Shown one piece after another: positions 17,073 to 26,902 of a DNA stretch of 64,000 bases. Numbering within the stretch: position 1 is the first letter of the stretch; every line of letters starts with the position of its first letter. Source of the DNA: Candidatus Babeliales bacterium (lineage in GTDB: Bacteria; Babelota; Babeliae; Babelales; JANWKD01); contig OY969622.1 in NCBI GenBank assembly GCA_963701665.1, positions 704,001-768,000 on the forward strand, given 5' to 3'. The notes beneath the pieces are model-generated. The model worked only from the letters and a program-made list of their open reading frames with translations, ran no database searches and was not told the DNA's origin. The translations under genes and the position numbers were made by a program.

Positions 17073-18683
17073 TTAAAAAGAAGAAAAAGAACTCAATGGA
17101 TTCAGAACAGAATTAAGTCGTTGCTGAATCCATTGAGAATTAGAAGAAAAAAGTAGCGGTAATAAGGAGAACTTATCAGACTGTACCTGCACAAACATCT
17201 TCTCAACAATATACTCAACACCATCGGAAAGAGATTCAAAACAAGGAACTACATCAGAACTCATAAAATTTATTAATAAGGTATTAATCATTATTAATAA
17301 ACGATCAAAATCCCTATCAAAATCACATAAAAACCTCGATTCTAACATCATTCTTTCCCTAAAACGACACAGGGCATGCATTATAAACAGTGCACAACGC
17401 ATATCTATCGTGCCCAATAAGGTTTTTGTAACCCACTCCTGCGTTGGCTCAAGCCGTACCGTTGCTTGATAACAGATCTTCAAAATTTGTTCCCGAGTCA
17501 AACGCGTGCCAAATTCACCCAACACTAAAGCCATGAATCCTGTTATCATAGCAGCTGCACATGATGTCCCATGAAAAAAAGCATACTCCTTCTTGAAATT
17601 ATCAGTGACTAAAGTAGTTATGATGTCACATCCTGGTGCGACTATTTTTGGCCCTTGATAGCGTTCGTACTGTGAAAATGGCGCTATGCAATAATGCTGA
17701 GTATCATCAAGCTTAAAAGCCCCGACATCAAAAGCGATATGCGCTAAACGAGCGGGATACGCTTCATGCGCCATACCTACCCCATTGCCAGAAGATGCGA
17801 CAACATAGGCAATACTCCTCATTACGCGCGCAATTTCATTATCAAGAATTTCATCGCGCGCACTTCCTTCATCAATTTTCAAACTAATATTAACTAAGGG
17901 AATGTTGAGCTCCTGAACTTTTTTAACTGATTGGAGCAGTATTTTTTTAGTACTGTTACCATAATCATCACACGCGCGAATGATAATAACATCAGCATTT
18001 GGCGCAATGCCTATTGGCCCTAAGAGCGGATGCTCTTTGCCTGCTATAATGCCGCACAATGCCGTGCCATGTTGAGCGCGCATATCATTAGTGGTAGTGA
18101 TGGGCAGCAATTCACGCACATACCAATTTTTGTCTGTGCCGATTCTACACAAATCAAAACAATGTTTTTTATGCGCATCATCTATTAGTTCTTTACAATC
18201 CAAAGGAAAAGTAACATCACGAGAATTATAATACGCGTGTATCATTTCCACTGGCGTACGTTCAGGCATTGGATGCACGCGTTGGGCAATATCAAGAACG
18301 AGTGCATAAGCATCTTGGTTGGCAAAATTTAAGAAGTCACTCGTTCCTAAGGAAATATGCGGCAAGGCAGAATGTAAGGCATAACGGTTATCATTCGTTT
18401 TGCGCACACAAATACCGGTATCGATAACCGCGATCTTGACACCCGCGCCTTTTTTTGGTGCGAGTTGCCACAAACTGAAAGTATGAGCGAGTGGACTATT
18501 TTTTGACGCGCGCGTTGCGCGTAAACCGACCGTCGGCACGCGATGATGCCAAAAAAGACATTGTTGTGCACGCGTTTGACTTGTAGAGGTGCGTATGGCA
18601 TCAAGTTCATGGGCGGTAAATGAATGCCCTTGTAGATGGCTTACCGTTATACACATGAGTATCAGCTTTTTTGCGCGCTGCAT
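17073..18683 (-). CDS. S8 (subtilisin-like) serine peptidase
   Basis: IAVIDTG, HGT..CGIIAG, SSGN, APG, GTSCAA catalytic motifs. Confidence 0.88.
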   Translation of the reverse strand: MQRAKKLILMCITVSHLQGHSFTAHELDAIRTSTSQTRAQQCLFWHHRVPTVGLRATRASKNSPLAHTFSLWQLAPKKGAGVKIAVIDTGICVRKTNDNRYALHSALPHISLGTSDFLNFANQDAYALVLDIAQRVHPMPERTPVEMIHAYYNSRDVTFPLDCKELIDDAHKKHCFDLCRIGTDKNWYVRELLPITTTNDMRAQHGTALCGIIAGKEHPLLGPIGIAPNADVIIIRACDDYGNSTKKILLQSVKKVQELNIPLVNISLKIDEGSARDEILDNEIARVMRSIAYVVASSGNGVGMAHEAYPARLAHIAFDVGAFKLDDTQHYCIAPFSQYERYQGPKIVAPGCDIITTLVTDNFKKEYAFFHGTSCAAAMITGFMALVLGEFGTRLTREQILKICYQATVRLEPTQEWVTKTLLGTIDMRCALFIMHALCRFRERMMLESRFLCDFDRDFDRLLIMINTLLINFMSSDVVPCFESLSDGVEYIVEKMFVQVQSDKFSLLPLLFSSNSQWIQQRLNSVLNPLSSFSSF

Positions 18684-18834
18684 GAACGTACCTCCTCAAG
18701 AAACTGCCCGCATTCATCATACAAATAGCACATCACTAGACACAAGATTCGCGTGGGAATCGCAATTTTATTGCGCGCTGTAATTTCTATTTGTTAATAT
18801 TTGTATGAAGTTCAAGAGAGGTGAAAGGAGTTAT

Positions 18835-19494
18835 ATGATAAAGAGACCATTGTTAAGTACTTTGCTAGCGTTAGTGATACTGCCCCAATGTTACAATGTA
18901 CCATCATCATTGAAAGAGGAAATCAATGAATTGTATGGGGCTATTTCAGGATTTGGCATATCCAATGAAGATACTAATCTCATAGAATCACATGGATGTG
19001 CTTCCACCTACGGCGAGATTACCTTTGAAGGCGTTGAAACGCTGCTTAAACTCCTCAAATTAAAAGATACCGACGTTTTTTATGATTTGGGGTGTGGCGT
19101 AGGCAAGATGGTTGTTCAAGTATATTTAGATTCGCCCGTAAAAAAGAGCGCTGGCATAGAACTTTCTAGCGAACGTGCCGAAAGTGCCCTCAAGATCAAA
19201 CAGCAATTACAGGTAGATAATAAGATAAAAGCGGGAAGAACCTTAGTGTTTTATAAAGAAAGCTTCTTGGATGTAGACTTATCGGATGCAACCGTTATCT
19301 ACTTAGCCTCAACGTGCTTTTCCGATGATATTATGAAAAAAGTTACCGATAGACTAGCAACACTCAAAAAAGGACTGCGCGTTGCAACGCTCAAAAAATT
19401 GGCTGAAAATGATAAATTTGCCTTGCTTGATCAGTTTATTTTACCAATGACCTGGTCTGATAGTACCCCCGTCTACCTCTATGAATTACAGTAA
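18835..19494 (+). CDS. SAM-dependent methyltransferase, DOT1-like, with N-terminal signal-like segment
   Basis: TYGEI, DVFYDLGCGVGKMV, GIELS.ER, ATVIYLASTCF, TWS. Confidence 0.75.
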   Translation: MIKRPLLSTLLALVILPQCYNVPSSLKEEINELYGAISGFGISNEDTNLIESHGCASTYGEITFEGVETLLKLLKLKDTDVFYDLGCGVGKMVVQVYLDSPVKKSAGIELSSERAESALKIKQQLQVDNKIKAGRTLVFYKESFLDVDLSDATVIYLASTCFSDDIMKKVTDRLATLKKGLRVATLKKLAENDKFALLDQFILPMTWSDSTPVYLYELQ

Positions 19495-19531
19495 AAAAAA
19501 ACCACCGCATTGATCGAAATCAATGCGGTGG
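19493..19531 (-). terminator. Strong intrinsic terminator with UUCG loop
   Basis: CCACCGCATTGAT-TTCG-ATCAATGCGGTGG then T9 on minus strand. Confidence 0.85.
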
Positions 19532-19586
19532 AAAAAAGGAGAGTAGTAATGAAGCCTAATTAAAATCAGTATAATTGTTACTGATG
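19493..19586 (-). ncRNA. Putative ~95-nt small RNA with anti-Shine-Dalgarno/anti-AUG linker
   Basis: TTGACA-16-CATACT promoter (19619-19592), 5' hairpin ATCAGTA/TACTGAT, linker CTTCATTACTACTCTCCTT, terminator. Confidence 0.55.
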
Positions 19587-19745
19587 GTTAAAGTATGAAG
19601 TTTATTATAATAATGTCAAATTTTATAGAAAAAAAACTATGTTATTATTGCTATAAAAACTTTACTTATTACTAGTAGGTTATAGTCTTTTTTATTACCT
19701 GTCAATAGGCCACAAAATGAAAAGTATCACCAGGAGCCAAACATT

Positions 19746-20819
19746 TCACATTGTCAATTTTATATGCTGCGTATCACGCGATAGGAGAAATTCTTCAAAG
19801 GCACCGTCTGTCGATGGAGAGGTAAAAAACAGTTGATTGTTCATTGTTTGTAATATGCCAAGGAGAATTTTACTGCGGATGGGATCAAAATCTGTCATAA
19901 AATCGTCGAGTAAAAAAATCGCAGAACCTTTATGAGCAAGAATAAGTTTCATCTGCGCTATTTTTAGCAATATAAGAATCAATTTTTGTTGCCCGCGCGA
20001 GGCAAATGATCGCGATGTTTTATGACAAAATTCAATAGCAATGTCATCTAAATGAATACCAAAAAGTGATCTTTTAAACCGTTGCTCTTGCAAAAAAAGA
20101 TCGTTATGCCCCTGCATAAATTGGTCAAACGTATCATAAAGATTTTTTTTGGGTTGGTAGGTCAAACGAATCGTAATTGTATCATCAAACCATGTATGGA
20201 GCAATTCATTAGTTTGGCATTGTAATTGATGCAAAAAAATAGTTCGTTGTTCTTGAATGCGTTTTGAATATTCCCATACTTGCTGAGTCCACAAGGTAAA
20301 CATATCCCGATGATGATACCCTTTTAAGATAAGTGCGTTGCGATTATCTAAAACATGTCTATATTTTTTCAACTCGGTAAGATATTCAGGAAATGCTAGT
20401 GCCACTGCTTGATCAATGAATAATCTTCTTTGTTCTGGTCCGCCTTTTATAATATAAAGATCATCTTCGGTAATGGTAATAATACGGTATTGTTGTGCAA
20501 GATCTTTATACGAGGTAATAACTTTTTCATCGATTTTAACGAGTCGCTTTGTTCCCGAGCAGCCAACATGCAGTGTGTATGGCACTAAATCTTGATCGAT
20601 AGCCATTTTAATAAAAAAATTTGTTGCATCAAACTGTATCAGTTCGCGCGGCAGATGGGTACGAAACGAGCGCAGATAACACGCGTAATGGATCGCTTCT
20701 AATAATGATGATTTACCAGATCCATTTTGACCAGTCACCAGAACGAGTGGCTTTTCAATAGTAAACGAGCTGTCTTGAAAGCAGCGAAAATTTTTGAGAA
20801 CTATATGATATATGCGCAC
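19746..20819 (-). CDS. recF: DNA replication/repair protein RecF
   Basis: GQNGSGKS.LLEAI, GGPEQRR.FID, ASRGQQK, LLDD; follows dnaN. Confidence 0.93.
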   Translation of the reverse strand: MRIYHIVLKNFRCFQDSSFTIEKPLVLVTGQNGSGKSSLLEAIHYACYLRSFRTHLPRELIQFDATNFFIKMAIDQDLVPYTLHVGCSGTKRLVKIDEKVITSYKDLAQQYRIITITEDDLYIIKGGPEQRRLFIDQAVALAFPEYLTELKKYRHVLDNRNALILKGYHHRDMFTLWTQQVWEYSKRIQEQRTIFLHQLQCQTNELLHTWFDDTITIRLTYQPKKNLYDTFDQFMQGHNDLFLQEQRFKRSLFGIHLDDIAIEFCHKTSRSFASRGQQKLILILLKIAQMKLILAHKGSAIFLLDDFMTDFDPIRSKILLGILQTMNNQLFFTSPSTDGAFEEFLLSRDTQHIKLTM

Positions 20820-20838
20820 AATACTACTGCAACAATTA

Positions 20839-21960
20839 TTAGGTCGTCGTTGGGGAAACGGGCATGACCAAATAGGTCATCGTATAAGAATCGTGCACTG
20901 CTTCAAAAATAATAGGCTTTGAAGAGCTCTTTAAATAAAATTTGATTTGTGCATCTGAAAATGCTTGCAACCCATTTAATAAATAGGGCGCATAAAAGCG
21001 AATGTCCAACGCAGAACCTAAAAAGCCGTGGAGGGGCAAACTTTCTTGCAATTTACCAACTTCCTTATTTTGCATGGCAACTTCAAGAAGTTCTTTATCA
21101 AAAGCAAATTTAGTTGCTAAAAACTGTCCTGATAATAAACAGGCTGAACGGCGCAATGTTTTAATAAAATGGGAGCGATCAACAACAGCAGGCGTAAACT
21201 CATTTTTCTGCAAAATAGCTTGATAATGGGGAAATTGATCAACAAGTAACTTGGTAAAAAAGTTAAATGATTCACCAGAAAAAACAAGCTGATTGCCACA
21301 AATGCCAACAAAAATCATTTTTGTCGTATTATTTTCAAGCACTTTTTTAATTTCAAAAATAGCTCGGCGTGGGAGTAACCATTTTTTTTCTTCATGTAAG
21401 GTAACTGTTGCTGTATGCACTTGTGCAAGACAATGACCATCGGTAGTTGTCATAGTTAAACCTTGTGGCGAAATTTCTAATAAGAGCCCATTGAGTGCCG
21501 GGTTAGCATTATTTTGTGGAATTAAAAAAGCAACTTTTTCAAGCATATCAACAAAGAACTGTGCATCTAAATGCATAAGATTTTCGATGCGCTCAGGAAA
21601 TGGTGGAAATGTTTCTGCATCTTTAATATGTAATGAAAGTTGCACCTGGCCTGATTGTAAAGAAAGCTGGTTATCTTCGAAGGTAAATACAATTTGATCG
21701 TACAGTTCTTTTACAAGATCAAAAATACGTTTGCCTGATACTAAAAATGATTGCGAATCATCAATATCACTGCTCTCAAGCATACAGTTTGATTGTAAAC
21801 TTATTTCTAAATCAGTTGATTTAAGAATTAATTCTCGATGGCCTATTTGGAACAATATTGATGCAGTCGTATCAAGGGTAGTTCGCTTTGTGCAAATTGG
21901 TTGCATAGAAGAAAGCATCCCCAGCATCGTTTTTTGATCAATAGTAAACGTATGAGCCAT
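20839..21960 (-). CDS. dnaN: DNA polymerase III beta clamp
   Basis: STDLEI, LNGLL, TTDGH.LA, FP.Y, YLVMPV. Confidence 0.95.
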   Translation of the reverse strand: MAHTFTIDQKTMLGMLSSMQPICTKRTTLDTTASILFQIGHRELILKSTDLEISLQSNCMLESSDIDDSQSFLVSGKRIFDLVKELYDQIVFTFEDNQLSLQSGQVQLSLHIKDAETFPPFPERIENLMHLDAQFFVDMLEKVAFLIPQNNANPALNGLLLEISPQGLTMTTTDGHCLAQVHTATVTLHEEKKWLLPRRAIFEIKKVLENNTTKMIFVGICGNQLVFSGESFNFFTKLLVDQFPHYQAILQKNEFTPAVVDRSHFIKTLRRSACLLSGQFLATKFAFDKELLEVAMQNKEVGKLQESLPLHGFLGSALDIRFYAPYLLNGLQAFSDAQIKFYLKSSSKPIIFEAVHDSYTMTYLVMPVSPTTT

Positions 21961-22062
21961 GAAAATTGTTCCTTGAAAATGAAATTCTGAAATACAAAGA
22001 GCAGCTAGAGTAACATGATGTATGTAAGTATACTATACTACTCTTTTGTGTGCAAAATTATA

Positions 22063-23067
22063 TCAAGAAACGGTGACATTAAAGGCGCGCAATATACCCA
22101 AAATTTCTTTCACACCAATACCAGCTTTATGTACTAATAAATATGACGGAACTATGGTAGGAGCAAACTTTTGCCAATATTGTTTTCGTTTATAAAGTTT
22201 CAGTATTTTTTTCGTAAGATTAAAACAGTATGGAGCGAGAAATGTTGCGCATCTTCCTAATCCTTCGATCGTGCGCAATTGCGCAACAGGTAGCGTACCA
22301 AAAGAAAAATAATTGCATCCTTCCGCGCGTAACACGGCGAGCGTTTGTAACAATATATATTCAGATGTGTATTTTGGCGCATCGGGTGCATAAAAGAGTG
22401 CGTTTATCGTCCATCCGTTAAAGATATCAAGTCTATTTAAAATAAGGGCACCAATAAAATTATCATTATTTTTCACATAAAAAAATCGCTTATTAGCGCG
22501 ATGAGAAAAAATATTAACATTCATCAGTGATGTTTGAGGGCCTTTGCGTTCTTGCAACCAACTTTGGCCTAACGCTTCCATGGAATGTTCAAGTTGATTA
22601 TCAATGCCACGATACTCGTGAAATTGTAGATTATGTTTTTGGAGAATGCTTGCGATATTGCGCAAAGAAGAAGCATGCTTGCCACGCAAAGAAAGTGGGT
22701 CAACTTGGGGATTAACAATAATCTCATCGCCCATACTCAATGCCGTTTTTATGTAACCGTGCTCAGATGCCCACTTTTTAAAATGGTCAGAAGCTAATAA
22801 ATACATAATACTTTTTTTCTGAGCAAGGAAATGAGCATGAAATTTTGCTACCAATAAAGGCATATTGTGCGGATCACAAAGAGGGTCACCAAAAACCAAT
22901 ACACAACCAGCTTCATCTTTATAGCCCATAATACCATCAATACCAGGAGCCTGGAAAATTTTCATGGTACTATCAAAAATAGCTATTGAGGGCGCTCTGC
23001 CCCATTTCTGTATGTAAGGTAAGACGAGGTGTTCTTCTTGCAGTGTAGCAAAGGTATTTTGATTCAT
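22063..23067 (-). CDS. Stand-alone MprF C-terminal (DUF2156) aminoacyl-transferase-like domain
   Basis: LVFGDPLC, GDEII, APKYTSEYI, FSFG..P, KFAP...P.YL; no flippase domain. Confidence 0.75.
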   Translation of the reverse strand: MNQNTFATLQEEHLVLPYIQKWGRAPSIAIFDSTMKIFQAPGIDGIMGYKDEAGCVLVFGDPLCDPHNMPLLVAKFHAHFLAQKKSIMYLLASDHFKKWASEHGYIKTALSMGDEIIVNPQVDPLSLRGKHASSLRNIASILQKHNLQFHEYRGIDNQLEHSMEALGQSWLQERKGPQTSLMNVNIFSHRANKRFFYVKNNDNFIGALILNRLDIFNGWTINALFYAPDAPKYTSEYILLQTLAVLRAEGCNYFSFGTLPVAQLRTIEGLGRCATFLAPYCFNLTKKILKLYKRKQYWQKFAPTIVPSYLLVHKAGIGVKEILGILRAFNVTVS

Positions 23068-23199
23068 TAAAGCCCCCAATTTTATTCCATATTAGTATAC
23101 CAAAGAGGATAAAAAAAGATAGGGGACAAAAAATAGCTTTTACCTAAATTCCCTGATATTCTGAGTACATAAAAACCTTCTTATTTTTCTTTAAAGACT

Positions 23200-23250
23200 A
23201 TGAAAATCAATACTATATTCTTAACCTCTCCTCATTATATTCCCGCATAG
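23200..23250 (+). CDS. Possible Pro-containing leader peptide of putP (MKINTIFLTSPHYIPA)
   Basis: Two Pro codons in last six; stop overlaps weak hairpin; SD weak. Confidence 0.35.
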   Translation: MKINTIFLTSPHYIPA

Positions 23251-23312
23251 GGTATAAATTTACTATTTTTCACTAGAGATGAGTTACTTGGTTAAAGAAT
23301 TAAAGGATTTTC

Positions 23313-24746
23313 ATGTATATTCAATTTATCATTTCATTTGCCGTTTATCTGACTATTGTTTTAGCAATAGGCCTTGTTGCTGCACGCGCTGCTGCTAGCA
23401 AAAATAAACACTCGCCTGACTTTTTATTGGGTGGACGCTCGACTCACTGGTTTTTAACCGCGCTTTCAGCGCACGCTGCTGACATGAGCGATTGGCTTTT
23501 TATGGGGTTACCTGCCGCAATATATCTTCAAGGCGGTTATCAAATATGGATTCCTATCGGATTATTAGTAGGTATGTTTTGCGTGTGGCACTTTATTGCA
23601 AAGCGATTACGCATTTCCTCAGCCTACTATCGAGGCGTCACTCTCGCTTCCTATTTTCAAGAACGATTTAACGATAGATCAGGTATTATAATTGTCATAT
23701 GTGCCTTAATTTCATGTTTCTTTTTTTCTATCTATCTTTCCGTAGGATTAAAAGGAATTGGGTATGTATTAAAATCAGCATTTAACCTTGATTATCATCT
23801 TGGTACGTTGTTTGCTGTGCTGGTTGTTTTGACGTATACCGTTCTAGGTGGGTTTATCTCCGTTGCATGGATTGATCTCTTTCAAGGAATTTTTTTATTA
23901 ATAATGCTTATGATTGTACCTATTGTCGGTTTTTTTTCTGTAGGCGGCTTTTCAGCAATTTTCAATGCTGCACAGCAAAAAGCGATTTCATTATCCCTTA
24001 TTCCTGATTTTTCATTGCATACAATGCTCTCAATTCTTTTGAACCCTTTTGCATGGTGTCTGGGCTATTTTGGCATGCCGCATGTATTAACAAAGTTCAT
24101 GGGCACTGAAAATGCAGAGGATCTTCATAAAGCAAAATATGTTGGCATAACATGGCAACTATTAGCAACATCCGCTGCTGTAGGTGTCGGGTTAGTTGGT
24201 ATCGCATATTTTATGCAGGGCGTACCTGGCAAACCAGAATTCATTTTCATTGAAATGACAAAGCAGTTATTTAATCCATGGTTTGCTGGCATTGTATTGT
24301 GCGCAATTTTGGCAGCAACTATTTCTACCGTGGATTCACAACTTTTAGTACTCGCCAGCATTATTGCCCACGATTTTTATAAAAATATTTTTTGCAAACG
24401 CGCGACTCAAAAACAGGTTATGTGGGTCTACCGCGCGTCATTAATTGTTACCGCGTGTATAGGCTATGCAATCGCGTGGGATGAACATAGCACCATCATG
24501 TCATTAGTGAAATATGCCTGGTCTGGCCTTGGCGCCTCGTTCGGACCCCTTATGATTCTTTCACTCTATTCAACGAGTATTAATAAATACGGTGCCATTG
24601 CAGGCATTCTTGCAGGCGCTTTTGTGGCTGCAACATGGGATTTGATAAATCCTTATGTTACGAGCATGCCTGTTTACTCAATCGTTCCAGGGTTTATTAT
24701 AGGTCTCATAACTATTTATACCGTGTCATTGGCAACAAAAGAGTAA
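23313..24746 (+). CDS. putP: Sodium/proline symporter
   Basis: LGGR, ALSAHAADMSDWLFMGLP, LGYFGMPH, LAATISTVDSQLL, AWSGLGASFGP. Confidence 0.9.
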   Translation: MYIQFIISFAVYLTIVLAIGLVAARAAASKNKHSPDFLLGGRSTHWFLTALSAHAADMSDWLFMGLPAAIYLQGGYQIWIPIGLLVGMFCVWHFIAKRLRISSAYYRGVTLASYFQERFNDRSGIIIVICALISCFFFSIYLSVGLKGIGYVLKSAFNLDYHLGTLFAVLVVLTYTVLGGFISVAWIDLFQGIFLLIMLMIVPIVGFFSVGGFSAIFNAAQQKAISLSLIPDFSLHTMLSILLNPFAWCLGYFGMPHVLTKFMGTENAEDLHKAKYVGITWQLLATSAAVGVGLVGIAYFMQGVPGKPEFIFIEMTKQLFNPWFAGIVLCAILAATISTVDSQLLVLASIIAHDFYKNIFCKRATQKQVMWVYRASLIVTACIGYAIAWDEHSTIMSLVKYAWSGLGASFGPLMILSLYSTSINKYGAIAGILAGAFVAATWDLINPYVTSMPVYSIVPGFIIGLITIYTVSLATKE

Positions 24747-24866
24747 ATTCTTAGCCCACAACACAAAAATATAGGTTGACACTCTTTTGCTTTATTTTAT
24801 AATAGTAAATATATAGCAACTGCTAGTATGGGTATATTGTGGTATAAAATTAGGGGACAATTCTAT

Positions 24867-25841
24867 ATGAAAATAGGTAAATTTCTAATGCTTTCTGTTG
24901 CCTTTCTCTCTTTTTTAAGCTGTTTTGGCATGCAAGAAAAAAAAGAAATAACCGTTCCGGGAATTTCTAAAAATATATCTTGCATGAAGGCTACTGATTA
25001 TTTTAGTTCAAAAAGGAGCAGCTCAAGGGCTTTAGATCTTATAGAAAAGAAATCATATTGGGATAAGCTGCAAGATGCCGCTGTATCGTCTATGGGATTT
25101 GGCGTACTTCTTGCAGGAATATATGCTATTGCCATTCCATTAGAACGAAGACATCTTATATCATTTGAACAGCTTAAACATACTGATGGAGATCTTGCCA
25201 AACATATCGAAAAAGTTGCTAAGGCAGTTAATATTGATCCATCTTGCATAGAATATAATCTTTCTGGTAGAGAATTTGCTGCCGTGAGTCCAACAATTTA
25301 TCCTAAAATTTTGAATCTTGACCCTGCAGGACTTAAAAAGATAACCAATGACATGGCGTCATTTTGTATCGCGCACGAGTTAATACATATTAAAAAATAT
25401 CATATCGCTAAAAATCTTATATTTTGCTTGATGGCGCCGGTTACGGATTTACATCTTGAACTTGCAGGTAAATACTATTCAAAATTTGTTGACCGATCTA
25501 TATTTTCTCTTCAAAAAAAATTTGGTTATGAAAATAATTGGTTAATCAATCACTTTCGCAGTTTTCATAATTCAGTTGCAACTTCACAAATTACCCATTT
25601 CTTAATTCAAGCTTATATATGGAAAAAAATGATGACATCTTTTGAAAAAGAAGCGGATATTGAAGCGGCGATAGCATTAAAAAGCGCCAAAGGTGGAATG
25701 GATTTATTTGCTTCAATAGTACGTACCCCTTCAAACTTTTTTATGGGATTCTATAATAAATTTATTGACCCTCACCCTGCAAATTACGATAGATATATGT
25801 ATCTACTTCGACTTCAAAAACAATTCGATGTACAAAAATAA
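24867..25841 (+). CDS. Exported M48-like zinc metalloprotease
   Basis: Signal peptide CFG-MQE; IAHELIH, EKEAD, HP...R. Confidence 0.75.
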   Translation: MKIGKFLMLSVAFLSFLSCFGMQEKKEITVPGISKNISCMKATDYFSSKRSSSRALDLIEKKSYWDKLQDAAVSSMGFGVLLAGIYAIAIPLERRHLISFEQLKHTDGDLAKHIEKVAKAVNIDPSCIEYNLSGREFAAVSPTIYPKILNLDPAGLKKITNDMASFCIAHELIHIKKYHIAKNLIFCLMAPVTDLHLELAGKYYSKFVDRSIFSLQKKFGYENNWLINHFRSFHNSVATSQITHFLIQAYIWKKMMTSFEKEADIEAAIALKSAKGGMDLFASIVRTPSNFFMGFYNKFIDPHPANYDRYMYLLRLQKQFDVQK

Positions 25842-25860
25842 AATTTATAAAATTGTTTAA

Positions 25861-26757
25861 TTACGATCGAGGGTGTTTTTTATCATACACATGCCGCAAA
25901 TAACTAACCTCAACATGCGTATAAATTTGTACGGTAGAAATATTCTCATGACCCAAAAGCATTTGAAGCGAGCGCAAATGGGCACCATTTTTAAGCAAAT
26001 GGGTAGCTAAAGAATGGCGAAGCGTGTGCGGGGAAATTGCTTTTTGAATGGTTGTCTTTTTGCAAAGATCTTTTAAAACTTGCCAAAATGATTGGCGCGT
26101 GATTGGTTTAATTGCACTCGCATATAACGTGGGAAACAGATAATCGGTTTGCCCGTGCGCTTCAATAAATTTTTTATGCACCGATTCCAAATACGCGCGT
26201 ATCATATCAAGCGTAGGAGTAGGAAGTGGAATCACTCGTCCTTTTCCGCCTTTACCATGCACTTCGAGAATGCCTGTGTCAAAGTGAATATTTGAAATAA
26301 TCAATGAAACCAATTCTGTAATGCGCAAACCCGTAACATATAAAAGATACAGCATAACTTTATTGCGAATGCCAATATCAGAAGTATCGCCATCAGCAGC
26401 TTGCAACAATTCCTGTATTTCGTGTTCAGTAAGAAAATTGGGTAATTTTTTTTCCAATTTAGGGAAAGTAAGGTCTTGTGCGTGATCTGGCCATTGTAAG
26501 GTGGTATGCGCCCACGAGAAAAAATTTTTTATTGCCGATATTTTGCGCGACATGCTAGTCGCTGATATTTTTTGCTTTTTAAGCATTGCTAAAAATGATA
26601 TAAGCATATCGTGTGTAGCAGTTTGTAATATCCGTTGTTCTTGATGCAAAAACTGCTCTAATTGCCGCATATCATTCATATAGGCTTGGGATGTATTGCG
26701 CGCAACACAACGCTCGGTGAGTAAATATGCTTGATAGTGAGAAAGTATTTTATCCAT
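25861..26757 (-). CDS. xerD: Site-specific tyrosine recombinase XerD
   Basis: TGLRITEL, GKGGK, SPHTLRHSLATHLL, LLGH..ISTVQIYTHV, HPR. Confidence 0.9.
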   Translation of the reverse strand: MDKILSHYQAYLLTERCVARNTSQAYMNDMRQLEQFLHQEQRILQTATHDMLISFLAMLKKQKISATSMSRKISAIKNFFSWAHTTLQWPDHAQDLTFPKLEKKLPNFLTEHEIQELLQAADGDTSDIGIRNKVMLYLLYVTGLRITELVSLIISNIHFDTGILEVHGKGGKGRVIPLPTPTLDMIRAYLESVHKKFIEAHGQTDYLFPTLYASAIKPITRQSFWQVLKDLCKKTTIQKAISPHTLRHSLATHLLKNGAHLRSLQMLLGHENISTVQIYTHVEVSYLRHVYDKKHPRS

Positions 26758-26902
26758 ATAATGCTCGTAAGAATTGTTATCTAACGTAGCTATATTACCA
26801 TAAAACTATACATAAAAAGCAAGCTCATGAAACTTGCCAAAGAAAGAGGAATGAAGTAGAAATTGAATACAATCTTATTCACTTTAAAAAAAAGGATTTT
26901 TC

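Noticed and set aside
25861..26757. Phage/island integrase
   Set aside because: Length and motifs fit housekeeping XerD; no att sites or mobile cargo
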